The notes beneath the pieces were generated by a model. That model was given only the letters and a program-made list of their open reading frames with translations, was not told the origin of the DNA and did not search any database. A stretch of 64,000 bases of DNA, taken from contig CAKSER010000005.1 in the NCBI GenBank assembly GCA_934447715.1, positions 25,678 to 89,677 of the forward strand, in the 5' to 3' direction. The translations under genes were made by a program, and so were the position numbers. Source of the stretch: an uncultured Eubacteriales bacterium (GTDB lineage Bacteria > Bacillota > Clostridia > Oscillospirales > CAG-272). Of the stretch, positions 44,990 through 54,407 are shown in pieces; the first letter of the stretch is position 1, and every line of letters starts with the position of its first letter.

Positions 44990-45733
44990 ATGATATTTTT
45001 ATATATATTGCTCGGGATACTTGCAATTCTGCTGCTTTATATCTACTTTCTTGCAATCTGCAGTCTTTTTGTCAGCCCGAAAAAGGAATATGAAAAAAAC
45101 AGCCGCTTTTACCGCGCCCTGCTTTACAGCGCCTCGGCTGTCGTTTTAAAGCTATTACGGATTAAGGTACACACAGGCGGCATTGAAAAAATCCCGGAGG
45201 ATCAAAGGCTGCTGTTTGTCGGAAACCACCGTTCAAATTTTGACCCGATCATTCAGTGGCATGTATTAAAGCAGTGGGATATTGCATTTATTTCAAAGGG
45301 CGAGAATTTCAAAATCCCGTTTTTCGGACGGATAATCAGAAAATGCTGCTTTATGGAAATCGACCGGGAAAATCCGCTAAAGGCGCTGAGGACGATCAAC
45401 AGGGCAGCCGAGCTGCTCAAAAGCGGCGAGGTCTCTGTCGGCGTGTATCCGGAGGGCACCAGAAGCAAAACATGCGAACTGCTTCCGTTTCACGACGGTG
45501 TTTTCCGAATTGCAAAAAAGGCAGGCACTCCGATTGTTGTCATGTCCATTAAGGGAACCGAGCAGATTCACAAAAATGTTCTCCGCCGCCGCTCGGATGT
45601 ATATCTTGACATCCTGCAGGTGATTCCCGAAAGCAGGGTGGAAAGCGAAAGCTCGAATATAATCGGCGCCGAAATCCGGGACATGCTGCTTGACAGCCTG
45701 GAAAAAAACAAACAGAGTGATGCTTCGGCATAA
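44990..45733 (+). CDS. plsC: 1-acyl-sn-glycerol-3-phosphate (lysophospholipid) acyltransferase
   Basis: NHRSNFD (HX4D) and YPEGTRS motifs. Confidence 0.8.
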   Translation: MIFLYILLGILAILLLYIYFLAICSLFVSPKKEYEKNSRFYRALLYSASAVVLKLLRIKVHTGGIEKIPEDQRLLFVGNHRSNFDPIIQWHVLKQWDIAFISKGENFKIPFFGRIIRKCCFMEIDRENPLKALRTINRAAELLKSGEVSVGVYPEGTRSKTCELLPFHDGVFRIAKKAGTPIVVMSIKGTEQIHKNVLRRRSDVYLDILQVIPESRVESESSNIIGAEIRDMLLDSLEKNKQSDASA

Positions 45734-45749
45734 TTCATATGCGTATAAA

Positions 45750-45780
45750 ACAAGCCGGAGCTTTTCTCCGGCTTGTTTTG
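45750..45780 (+). terminator. rho-independent terminator
   Basis: ACAAGCCGGAG-CTTTT-CTCCGGCTTGT followed by TTT. Confidence 0.8.
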
Positions 45781-45921
45781 TTTCAGTTTAGAAAAGATTT
45801 ATATAATTTCAAAAAAATCCGGACAAAAGAAATTATGCTGACCGATATGTATAATTCAAATCGGAATGTACGGCACATGCTGTCAAACATAAAAACAAAC
45901 TATAAGAAAGGAAGCTGCATT

Positions 45922-46911
45922 ATGAAAAAGAACACGAAAAGAATTATCACAGCGACAGGGATTGCGGCAGGAACGGCTGCTGTTGCATCGCTGTCCGCTT
46001 ATGTCACAACAAAGGCGCTGATCGACACGGCGCTTGACCGGGAAATGCCGAAGGTAATGAAAAACGCAAACAAGCGCATCTCCGGAGAAAAAAGCAGCGG
46101 CGAATATACAGCATATCTGGAAAACTCCTCAAGAAGACTTGCCGAGCAGCCGAATGAGATAGTTAAAATCACAGCTCACGACGGCGAAACACTTGTCGGA
46201 CATTATTTCCCATGCGAAAATCCCGAAAGAGTGATTATTGCTTTTCACGGATGGCGTTCATCCTGGCACCGGGATTTCGGGATGATCTCGGATTTCTGGC
46301 ACAGAAGCAATTGCAGCGTGCTCTATGTCGAGCAGCGCGGACAGAACAACAGCGGAGGCAAGCACATGGGCTTCGGTCTTACCGAACGCTATGACTGCCT
46401 TGACTGGCTGAAGTGGGAGACCGAGCGCTGCGGAAGCTGCATTCCGGTCTATCTTGCCGGCATTTCTATGGGCGCTGCCACAGTGCTTATGGCTTCCGGG
46501 CTGCAGCTGCCTCAGAATGTTCACGGAATCATGGCGGATTGCGGCTTTACATCGGCAAATGCGATATGGGAACATATTGCAAAGGACAACCTCCACATCC
46601 GCTTCCGTGTGCGCAGTGCAATTGCCGACATGATGTGCCGCAGAAAAATAAATGTCGGTTCAAAGGAGTATTCGACAACAGACGCTCTTAAGCATACAAA
46701 CGTCCCGGTTATTTTTATCCACGGCTCGGACGACAATTTTGTTCCGGTAAATATGACCTATGAAAACTATATGGCGTGCGCGTCGCCGAAGGAGCTTTTG
46801 ATCGTTCCGGGTGCGGATCACTGCATGAGTTACTTTATGGAAAAGGAGAAGTACGAGAATGCCGTAAAGGCGTTCTGGGCAAAATATGACAAATCGGCAC
46901 GCGAAGCATAA
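45922..46911 (+). CDS. membrane-anchored alpha/beta hydrolase
   Basis: N-terminal TM segment; GISMGA nucleophile elbow; ATG 45922 after AAAGGAAG. Confidence 0.75.
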   Translation: MKKNTKRIITATGIAAGTAAVASLSAYVTTKALIDTALDREMPKVMKNANKRISGEKSSGEYTAYLENSSRRLAEQPNEIVKITAHDGETLVGHYFPCENPERVIIAFHGWRSSWHRDFGMISDFWHRSNCSVLYVEQRGQNNSGGKHMGFGLTERYDCLDWLKWETERCGSCIPVYLAGISMGAATVLMASGLQLPQNVHGIMADCGFTSANAIWEHIAKDNLHIRFRVRSAIADMMCRRKINVGSKEYSTTDALKHTNVPVIFIHGSDDNFVPVNMTYENYMACASPKELLIVPGADHCMSYFMEKEKYENAVKAFWAKYDKSAREA

Positions 46912-47027
46912 AGGCTGATTGCCGTAATCACAGCGATTGTTACAGGGGGCTTGCCTATTGAGATGAAATGTGGTATATTTAGTATTGTGCTCACCGTCTC
47001 CGGTGCGGCGCAGATCGGAGGAATGTT

Positions 47028-47765
47028 ATGTACTTAAATGATTATATTTGGTTTATAGCCGCCTTGCTGTTTTGCACCGTATTTTCCGCGATTGCAAGCG
47101 GAAAGGTTCACTTTGCGTTTGCAAAATACTCTAAGGTCCGGTGCCGTTCGGGGAAAACCGGGTGCGATACCGCTGCTATGTTGATGCGCTCAAATCAGGT
47201 AAGCGGAATATCTATCGGATGCGTAAAAGGCAGCCTGACCGACCACTATGACCCGAGAGCAGGCATCGTCAATCTTTCGGAAAGCACTTATAACAACAGC
47301 TCGGTAGCATCTGTAGCAGTTGCCGCCCACGAAATGGGGCACGTCATGCAGAAGCAGGAGGGATACTGGTTTTACAGAGTCCGCACAGCTCTGGTTCCGG
47401 TGGTGAATTTCGGTTCAAGGCTGGCATTCCCCCTTGTGCTGATCGGACTTTTGCTTGATGCGCTTGTAGTCAGCTCCGACCCGGAAATGGGATTTCATGT
47501 TGCGATGATCGGCGTAATTTTATACGGAACGTCCTTCCTTTTCACCTTAGTTACACTGCCTGTTGAGATCAATGCAAGCCGGAGAGGAGAAAAAATGCTT
47601 TTGCAGGAAGGAATACTGACAGCCGACGAGATGCCGGGAGCAAAGAAAGTCCTGTCCGCTGCGGCTCTTACCTATCTTGCTTCGCTTTTAACCTCTTTTG
47701 TCTATTTTCTGCGCTTCTTGATCTATGTTTTAACCATATTCGGCAAGCGCGACGACAGAAGGTAA
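47028..47765 (+). CDS. membrane zinc metallopeptidase (Zn_peptidase_2 family)
   Basis: AAHEMGHVMQ motif with flanking TM segments. Confidence 0.8.
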   Translation: MYLNDYIWFIAALLFCTVFSAIASGKVHFAFAKYSKVRCRSGKTGCDTAAMLMRSNQVSGISIGCVKGSLTDHYDPRAGIVNLSESTYNNSSVASVAVAAHEMGHVMQKQEGYWFYRVRTALVPVVNFGSRLAFPLVLIGLLLDALVVSSDPEMGFHVAMIGVILYGTSFLFTLVTLPVEINASRRGEKMLLQEGILTADEMPGAKKVLSAAALTYLASLLTSFVYFLRFLIYVLTIFGKRDDRR

Positions 47766-47796
47766 CCAAAAAACCGATATATAGTCCTATTCACAA

Positions 47797-47830
47797 AACC
47801 CCACTGCAAGGAAATCCTGCGGTGGGGTTT
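47797..47830 (+). terminator. rho-independent terminator
   Basis: AACCCCACTGCA...TGCGGTGGGGTT followed by T. Confidence 0.7.
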
Positions 47831-48129
47831 AAGCTTTTATATGGCTATCATTTTGACAGTATTGCATTTTCCACTGTTAATTTTCAGCTTTAAAAAAAAT
47901 GGGCAAAGCCGTATAGGAAATTTGAGGATTTGCTCGCAAAAAGGCAAAATCTCAGCCCAACATTCCTAAAAACGTGAACAGCTGAAAATTTTTTTTAAAA
48001 TTTTTAAGCTTTTTCAATCAAACTTCAATCCGGATGCTGTAATGTATAGCCACAAGATAAGAAAAGGGTCCGGCAGAGCTTGACTTTGCTCGGATCGGGA
48101 AAAATAAACTCGGAAAAGGAGAAGCTATT

Positions 48130-50049
48130 ATGAAAAACATGAAAAAGCTTTTGTCATTATCATGCGCTGCGGCTCTGGTATTTTCTCTTGCCGCGTGCCA
48201 AAAGGATTCGGGAAATTCCGGCAGCACCGAAAGCACCGGAAGCACCGGAAGTACCGAAAGCAGCCAGACCGGCGAATATGCCGGAACTACGGTTATAGGA
48301 AAGATCACAGCCGTAAAGGATTCGACCGTGACGGTTCAGCTCGGGGAGCTGACCGAAAGCGATAACCGCCCGGGAATGCCCGATGGCAGCGGTGACGGAA
48401 ACGGACAAACACCACCCGAAATGCCTAACGGAAACGGCGACGGTAACGGACAGACTCCTCCGGAAAAGCCGGACGGGGACAGCAATCAAAGCGAACAGAC
48501 CCCTCCCGAGATGCCGAGCGGTAGCGGAAGCGGCGACGGGCAAACACCTCCCGAAAAACCGGACGGAGACGGCAGCCAAAACGGTCAGGCGCCTTCCGGC
48601 GGAAATACACCCGGCGGCGCTCCGGGCTCTTCAAAGACATTTACGGCAGGCGACAAGACGACCAGCGTAGATCTTTCGGGAGCTTCTATTGAAAAGGATT
48701 CGCAGAAGATCTCTGTAAGCGACCTCAGCGAGGGAGATATTCTTTCGATCACATTTGACGGCGACGGCAAGGCGGCATCGGCTTCGGTTGTATCGCTTGA
48801 CTCCTGGAACCCCGGCGGAAACGGTGGGAACGGTAATTTCGGCGGCTCTGACAGTGTAACGCAGGGAGACAGTGCAAACACGATCAGCGAGGACGGAACC
48901 TATAAGGACATGACCTACACCTCTACAGGAGACGACGAAAACGCCCTGCGCATCGACGGCGCGGCCGTAACTCTTGACGGCATAACGGTCGACAAAAGCG
49001 CAGGAGCTACCTCCAACACCGAAAACGGAGACTTCTACGGTGTCAATGCCGCGCTTCTTGCAACAAACGGTGCGAGCGTGACAATTAAGAACGCCAAGGT
49101 GACCTCATCCGTGCAGAACGGAAACGGCGTGTTCAGCTACGGCAGCGGAACAACCGTAAGCATCTCGGATTCCGAAATCACAACAACCGCTGACAATTCC
49201 GGAGGCATCCAGACCACCGGAGGCGGAACAACCAATGCAAGCAATCTGACTGTCGTAACCTCAGGAAACTCATCCGCTGCGATCCGCTCTGACAGAGGCG
49301 GCGGAACGGTAAATGTAAACGGCGGCAGCTACACCTCAAACGGCTACAACTCCCCTGCAATCTATTCGACAGCAACTATAAGCGTTTCGGATGCGCTTCT
49401 TACCGCCAACAATTCGGAGGCGCTTGTAATCGAGGGCAAGAACTCGATTACGCTTGAAAACTGCACGGTTGTCGGCAACATGAGCGACACCGAGGGAACA
49501 AGCTCGAGCGAAAATGTTCACAATGTAATGATCTATCAGTCGATGAGCGGCGATGCGGATGTCGGCACCTCGTCATTTTCGATGACAGGCGGCAGTCTCA
49601 CATCAAAGAACGGCGATATGTTCTATGTTACAAACACACATTGCATTTTAAGCCTTTGCAATGCAGAGCTTATAAATGAGGACAGCGACGCATACCTTCT
49701 GCGCGTCACAGGCAATTCCGCAAGCCGCGGATGGGGGACTGCAGGCAGCAACGGCGCACAGGTCGAGCTTACCGCAGACGAGCAGACGCTTGAGGGAAAT
49801 ATCATTGTAGACACAATTTCGACTCTTAATATGACCCTTAAAAACGGAAGCGTTTTTAGCGGCACGGTAAATATCACCGAAAACGAGCAGAACGGCACGG
49901 CGGTAAACGATAATGCGGTAATCACAATCGAAAGCGGCTGCACCTGGAGCCTGACAGGCGACTGCACTGTAACAAGCATTACAAACAACGGAACAATCAA
50001 TTTTAACGGCTACACAATCACTCTTGCCGACGGAACCGTTTTAAAATAA
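48130..50049 (+). CDS. lipoprotein with Pro-rich tandem linker and Gly/Thr/Ser/Asn-rich beta-helix-like C-terminal region
   Basis: Lipobox SLAA-C, (P/S)xGxGDGNGQTPPE(M/K) repeats, and a long G/T/S/N-rich repetitive C-terminal part. Confidence 0.75.
   Translation: MKNMKKLLSLSCAAALVFSLAACQKDSGNSGSTESTGSTGSTESSQTGEYAGTTVIGKITAVKDSTVTVQLGELTESDNRPGMPDGSGDGNGQTPPEMPNGNGDGNGQTPPEKPDGDSNQSEQTPPEMPSGSGSGDGQTPPEKPDGDGSQNGQAPSGGNTPGGAPGSSKTFTAGDKTTSVDLSGASIEKDSQKISVSDLSEGDILSITFDGDGKAASASVVSLDSWNPGGNGGNGNFGGSDSVTQGDSANTISEDGTYKDMTYTSTGDDENALRIDGAAVTLDGITVDKSAGATSNTENGDFYGVNAALLATNGASVTIKNAKVTSSVQNGNGVFSYGSGTTVSISDSEITTTADNSGGIQTTGGGTTNASNLTVVTSGNSSAAIRSDRGGGTVNVNGGSYTSNGYNSPAIYSTATISVSDALLTANNSEALVIEGKNSITLENCTVVGNMSDTEGTSSSENVHNVMIYQSMSGDADVGTSSFSMTGGSLTSKNGDMFYVTNTHCILSLCNAELINEDSDAYLLRVTGNSASRGWGTAGSNGAQVELTADEQTLEGNIIVDTISTLNMTLKNGSVFSGTVNITENEQNGTAVNDNAVITIESGCTWSLTGDCTVTSITNNGTINFNGYTITLADGTVLK
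48376..48597 (+). repeat. coding tandem repeat, about 5 units of about 15 codons
   Basis: PDGSGDGNGQTPPEM / PNGNGDGNGQTPPEK / PDGDSNQSEQTPPEM / PSGSGSGDGQTPPEK / PDGDGSQNGQAPSG. Confidence 0.9.
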
Positions 50050-50073
50050 CCAAATAAAAAGCAGCTTAATGCC

Positions 50074-50113
50074 AAAAGCCGCCCGATCGATTTTAGGATC
50101 AGGCGGCTTTTTT
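50074..50113. terminator. bidirectional terminator between convergent genes
   Basis: AAAAGCCGCCCGATC...GATCAGGCGGCTTTTTT. Confidence 0.8.
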
Positions 50114-50165
50114 GAACTGCTTATCTTTTTTGATCTCTTTTAGTGGTGCAATGTTATGCGTGATT

Positions 50166-51959
50166 TCAGGATGCCTGCTCGAACTGGCTGTTGTAAAGCT
50201 CGGCGTAGAATCCTCCTCGCTGCATCAGCTCATCATGCGTTCCGCTTTCGATTACGTCTCCGTCGCGCATAACAAGGATCAGATCGGCATTTTTGATTGT
50301 GGAAAGGCGGTGCGCGATCACAAAGCTGGTGCGCCCCTTTGTAAGCTCATCCATTGCGCGCTGAATCAGAAGCTCTGTGCGTGTGTCGACAGATGAGGTC
50401 GCCTCGTCAAGAATCAGCATCGGGGCGTTCTGCAGCATGGCACGGGCAATCGTAAGAAGCTGCTTCTGACCTGCGGAGATGCTTGCGCTTTCCGAAAGAA
50501 CCGTGTCAAAGCCGTGGGGCAGCGTATGAACAAATTTATCAAGACCGCAAGCGCGGCAGACCTTTTCGAGCTGCTCGTCGGTAATGCCCTCCATGTTGTA
50601 GACAAGATTTTCCCGAACCGTTCCCTCAAAAAGCCATGTGTCCTGCAGAACCATGCTGAACAGCTTATGCACGTTTTCGCGGCTCATATCGGATATCGGA
50701 ACACCATCGATTTTAATTGTGCCGCTGTTTATTTCAAAGAAGCGCATCAGCAGATTGACCATTGTTGTCTTTCCTGCACCGGTAGGCCCTACAATTGCGA
50801 CCTTCTGACCCGGATGAACCTCTGCCGAAAAGTCCTTTATAATTATCTTGTCCGGAGTGTCGGGATAGCTGAAGCGGACATGCTCGAAGCTGACAGCGCC
50901 GCGAGCATCTGTAAGAACGTCGGTTTTTTCGCTTTCGTCGGGCATTTCCTCGCTTTCAAGGAAGTCGAAGATGCGGTGTGCGGAAGCCGAGGCTGTCTGC
51001 ATGTTGGTAAGCCCCTGTGCCATCTGGGTAAGCGGAGATGTGAACAGGCGCACATAGAGAATAAAGGAGACGATTACGCCGAACTCGATTGTACCGTTTA
51101 TGGCAAGAACCGAACCGAAAACGCATACTGCGACATAGGCAATATTGCCGACGATGTTCATAAGCGGCTGCATCATTCCGGAAAGGAACTGCGACTTCCA
51201 GTTTGCGTCATAGACTGCATAATTGAGCTTGTTAAACCGCTCCCCGATCCTTTTTTCTGCACGGCTTATCCGTACAACCTCATGACCGGAATACATTTCC
51301 TCTACATATCCGTTAAGCTCGCCCAAGCTCTTTTGTCTTGCCGAAAAGAAGCGCTGGGATTTTAACATGATCAGAACGGTTAAAAGCATGCCGAAAAATG
51401 TTACGCCGATAGAAATAAGCGCAAGATGCCATTCGGTTACAAACATCATGATAAGGCATCCGACAAACTGCGTCGCGGCGCTGATGATCGTCGGCAGGCT
51501 GTTTGTAAGCCCCTGCTGCAGGGTGGAAACATCGTTTGTTATCCGGCTTAAAATGTCGCCCTGGGATGTGGTATTAAAATATTTCTGCGGCACTTTGTTT
51601 ATCTTTTCGGAAAGCTCGCCGCGCATCCGATAGGACATTTTCAGGGTGACAACAGACATTGTATAGTGCTGAATAAAGCTGAAGACAGCGCTCAATATAT
51701 AAATTACTGCAAGGAAAATGCCGATTTTTGCAATCGCCGCAAGGTCAATGCTTCCTGCAAGCCCGTCGGACATCAATGTAGCGATCCTTCCGATTTTGTC
51801 CGGACCGATAATCGTCATGACGGCGCTGAGTGCCGCAAGGATCAGGGCAGTGATGATAATTCCCATGCTTTGGCGCATGTATTCGGTAACTTTAGGTATA
51901 GCCGAGCCTATATTGCTTTTTTTGTCATTTCGTTTCATTTTCTCCGCCTCCTTATGCAA
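50166..51959 (-). CDS. ABC exporter, fused permease/ATPase (heterodimer partner B)
   Basis: 6-TM N-terminal half; Walker A GPTGAGKTT; signature ISAGQKQ; Walker B ILDEATS. Confidence 0.9.
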   Translation of the reverse strand: MHKEAEKMKRNDKKSNIGSAIPKVTEYMRQSMGIIITALILAALSAVMTIIGPDKIGRIATLMSDGLAGSIDLAAIAKIGIFLAVIYILSAVFSFIQHYTMSVVTLKMSYRMRGELSEKINKVPQKYFNTTSQGDILSRITNDVSTLQQGLTNSLPTIISAATQFVGCLIMMFVTEWHLALISIGVTFFGMLLTVLIMLKSQRFFSARQKSLGELNGYVEEMYSGHEVVRISRAEKRIGERFNKLNYAVYDANWKSQFLSGMMQPLMNIVGNIAYVAVCVFGSVLAINGTIEFGVIVSFILYVRLFTSPLTQMAQGLTNMQTASASAHRIFDFLESEEMPDESEKTDVLTDARGAVSFEHVRFSYPDTPDKIIIKDFSAEVHPGQKVAIVGPTGAGKTTMVNLLMRFFEINSGTIKIDGVPISDMSRENVHKLFSMVLQDTWLFEGTVRENLVYNMEGITDEQLEKVCRACGLDKFVHTLPHGFDTVLSESASISAGQKQLLTIARAMLQNAPMLILDEATSSVDTRTELLIQRAMDELTKGRTSFVIAHRLSTIKNADLILVMRDGDVIESGTHDELMQRGGFYAELYNSQFEQAS

Positions 51960-53706
51960 GCTCCGAGGCGCTTAGCTGCGATGTTGCAATTTCGCAGTAA
52001 ACCTCGCATGAGCGCATCAGCTCCTCGTGCGTGCCCATACCGACAGCCTCTCCGCGGTCAAGAACGATGATCTTATCCGCATGGCGGATCGTGCTGATGC
52101 GCTGGGCAACGATGATCTTTGTCGTGTCCTTAAGCTGCTCGTTTAATCCCTCGCGCAGCCTTGCATCGGTCTTGTAATCAAGAGCCGAAAAGGAATCGTC
52201 GAAGATCAGAATTTCCGGCTTCCTTGCAAGCGCACGGGCAATAGAAAGCCTCTGCTTCTGTCCGCCGGACACATTGCGTCCGAGCTGTGCGATTTCATGT
52301 TCTGTTCCCTCCGGCAGCCTGTCGACAAATTCCTTCGCCTGCGAAAGCTCAATCGCGTTTTTCAGTCTTGCCTCATTCGAGTCGGCAGCGCTTTCTCCGA
52401 AAAGCACATTGTCCTTTATCGTACCGGAGAACAGGACGGCTTTCTGTGTGACATAGCCCAGCTTGTCATACAGAGCGTCAAAGGTGTAGTTCTTTACGTT
52501 TACACCGTCGACAAGCACTTCGCCGGAGGTCGCATCGTAAAAGCGCGGAATCAGACCGATCAGTGTCGACTTTCCGCTTCCGGTCGCACCGATAATCGCC
52601 AGCGTTTCTCCCTTGTTTACCTTGAAATCGATATCCGTAAGCTCGTTTTCGCTAGCATGCGGATAACAAAAGGAGACGTTTTTAAATTCGACCGTTCCGA
52701 CCTCGTTTCCGCTTTGAACGCTGCCCTCGACAATCGACGCCTTGCGGTCAAGTACCTCGTTTATACGCTCGGCGGATACCTGTGCCTGCGGAAGCAGCAT
52801 GAAGATCATGGCAAGCATCATAAAGGACATTACGATATAGGTAGCATATGTGCTGAATACGAGCACCTCGCTGAACATTGTAAGACGCGCGCCCATATCG
52901 GTAAGTGCAATATTGCTGACAAGCGCCGCACCGACCCAGTAGATTGCAAGAGCAAGACCGTTCATGCCGAGCGACATTGTCGGCTGCACAAGCGCAAAGA
53001 GCTTCTGGTTTTTCATCTGTAAATCCATCATGCCGCGGCTCGGGCCGTCAAATTTTTCATTCTGAAACTCTTCGGCGTTAAAGGCATGCACGACATTGAT
53101 TCCGGTCAGATTTTCACGCGCGACACGGTTGATTTTATCTGTCATTTTCTGCACAAGGCGGAAGCGCGGAATGCAGGAACCCATGATCAGCAGCACCGTA
53201 ACAAACAGCACAACAACAAAGGCGGCGGTGACGGCGGAAAGCTCCCAGCTCTTGCCGAGAATCTTGATAATCGCCCAGACCGCCATGATCGGCGCCTTGA
53301 TCATCATCTGAAGCCCCATTGCGATAATCATCTGGATCTGTGTAATATCGTTTGTGGTTCTTGTAATCAGGCTCGGAACCGAAAAGTCCTGCATTTCTTC
53401 GCTTCCGATGTCCATTACATGGAAAAACAGCTTTTCGCGGACGGCAAAGCTGAAGCCGGATGCACATCTTGCGGCAAGAAATCCGCAGGCAATCGCAAGC
53501 GCCGCGCTTATAACCGTACAGCCGAGCATTTTAAGCCCGACATTCATAATGTCCGCGGTCGTGCCCGAGGTTTTTATAAGCACCGTAAGCTCTGTCATGT
53601 AATCCGGCAGGCGCAGGTCAAAATAGATCTGCACCACAACGAACAAAAGGCAAAAAAGCGCCATCAGCTTCTCTTTTTTGCGCATGTTTTTTAAAAGCTT
53701 AATCAT
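51952..53706 (-). CDS. ABC exporter, fused permease/ATPase (heterodimer partner A)
   Basis: Walker A GATGSGKST; signature VSGGQKQR; Walker B IFDDSFS. Confidence 0.9.
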   Translation of the reverse strand: MIKLLKNMRKKEKLMALFCLLFVVVQIYFDLRLPDYMTELTVLIKTSGTTADIMNVGLKMLGCTVISAALAIACGFLAARCASGFSFAVREKLFFHVMDIGSEEMQDFSVPSLITRTTNDITQIQMIIAMGLQMMIKAPIMAVWAIIKILGKSWELSAVTAAFVVVLFVTVLLIMGSCIPRFRLVQKMTDKINRVARENLTGINVVHAFNAEEFQNEKFDGPSRGMMDLQMKNQKLFALVQPTMSLGMNGLALAIYWVGAALVSNIALTDMGARLTMFSEVLVFSTYATYIVMSFMMLAMIFMLLPQAQVSAERINEVLDRKASIVEGSVQSGNEVGTVEFKNVSFCYPHASENELTDIDFKVNKGETLAIIGATGSGKSTLIGLIPRFYDATSGEVLVDGVNVKNYTFDALYDKLGYVTQKAVLFSGTIKDNVLFGESAADSNEARLKNAIELSQAKEFVDRLPEGTEHEIAQLGRNVSGGQKQRLSIARALARKPEILIFDDSFSALDYKTDARLREGLNEQLKDTTKIIVAQRISTIRHADKIIVLDRGEAVGMGTHEELMRSCEVYCEIATSQLSASELA

Positions 53707-54190
53707 TTTTTTCTTCGTTTTCTCCTTTTCCCTGAGAATTGCCGCTCTTGCGGATCTGCTCGATGTTAAGGCTCATTACCGCAAGGCAGCTGCAAAAGGT
53801 CTCAATATCCGAATCCGACAGCCCGTCAAGCAGACTTTTTGCAAAGCTCCTTTGCTTTTCGCGGCCCTTTTCAATGATGCTGTTTGCCTTATCTGTGCAG
53901 ACAAGCTGCGTTTTTCTTCTGTCGCCTGCAACCGACTGCCGCAAAAGCAGCCCCTCGTTTACCAGCCTGTCGATATGTACCGACACGATTCCGGTTTTAA
54001 GTCCCCGACACCGGCAGATGTCCTTTGCCGTGCCGCTTTCCGGATTGTTTGCGATAAACATCAGTATATCAACAGCCATAGGCGGCAGCCCTGTTTCCTT
54101 GCAGATCGGCTGAAGCACGGTATGATACGCCTCGATAAAACGGTTTGCTCCGTTAAACATTTTTGACGCAGTAAAATTCCATTCGTTCAT
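53699..54190 (-). CDS. MarR family transcriptional regulator
   Basis: Winged-helix core (LKTGIVSVHIDRLVNEGLL...DRRK); first gene of the operon with the ABC pair. Confidence 0.8.
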   Translation of the reverse strand: MNEWNFTASKMFNGANRFIEAYHTVLQPICKETGLPPMAVDILMFIANNPESGTAKDICRCRGLKTGIVSVHIDRLVNEGLLLRQSVAGDRRKTQLVCTDKANSIIEKGREKQRSFAKSLLDGLSDSDIETFCSCLAVMSLNIEQIRKSGNSQGKGENEEKND

Positions 54191-54206
54191 ATTGACCTCT
54201 CAACAG

Positions 54207-54232
54207 TAGATATTCTAATATTGGAATATCTA
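54207..54232. promoter_or_regulatory. MarR operator-like palindrome
   Basis: TAGATATTC-N8-GAATATCTA, a perfect 9-bp inverted repeat 17 nt upstream of the MarR start. Confidence 0.55.
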
Positions 54233-54320
54233 TTATTATATTCAATTTGCCGCAAATGTCAAGAGGCTTTTAAAAAAATTTTTTCTTTTAATAAGCACTT
54301 AAAATGCACCGAAAACACCA

Positions 54321-54356
54321 AAAACGGCACAGCCCGTTTAAGGGCTGTGCCGTTTT
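54321..54356. terminator. terminator downstream of mnmA
   Basis: AAAACGGCACAGCCC-GTTTAA-GGGCTGTGCCGTTTT. Confidence 0.8.
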
Positions 54357-54407
54357 AGTAAATAAAGATGCGAAAATCAATAATTTAATTTAATGTAAGA
54401 TATACTC

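Noticed and set aside
48160-48881. Several 70-140-aa ORFs on both strands within the Pro-rich repeat region of the lipoprotein gene
   Set aside because: These are repeat-driven frame artefacts (Arg/Ser/Phe-rich) nested in a gene with a clear lipoprotein signal and a continuous 639-aa frame.
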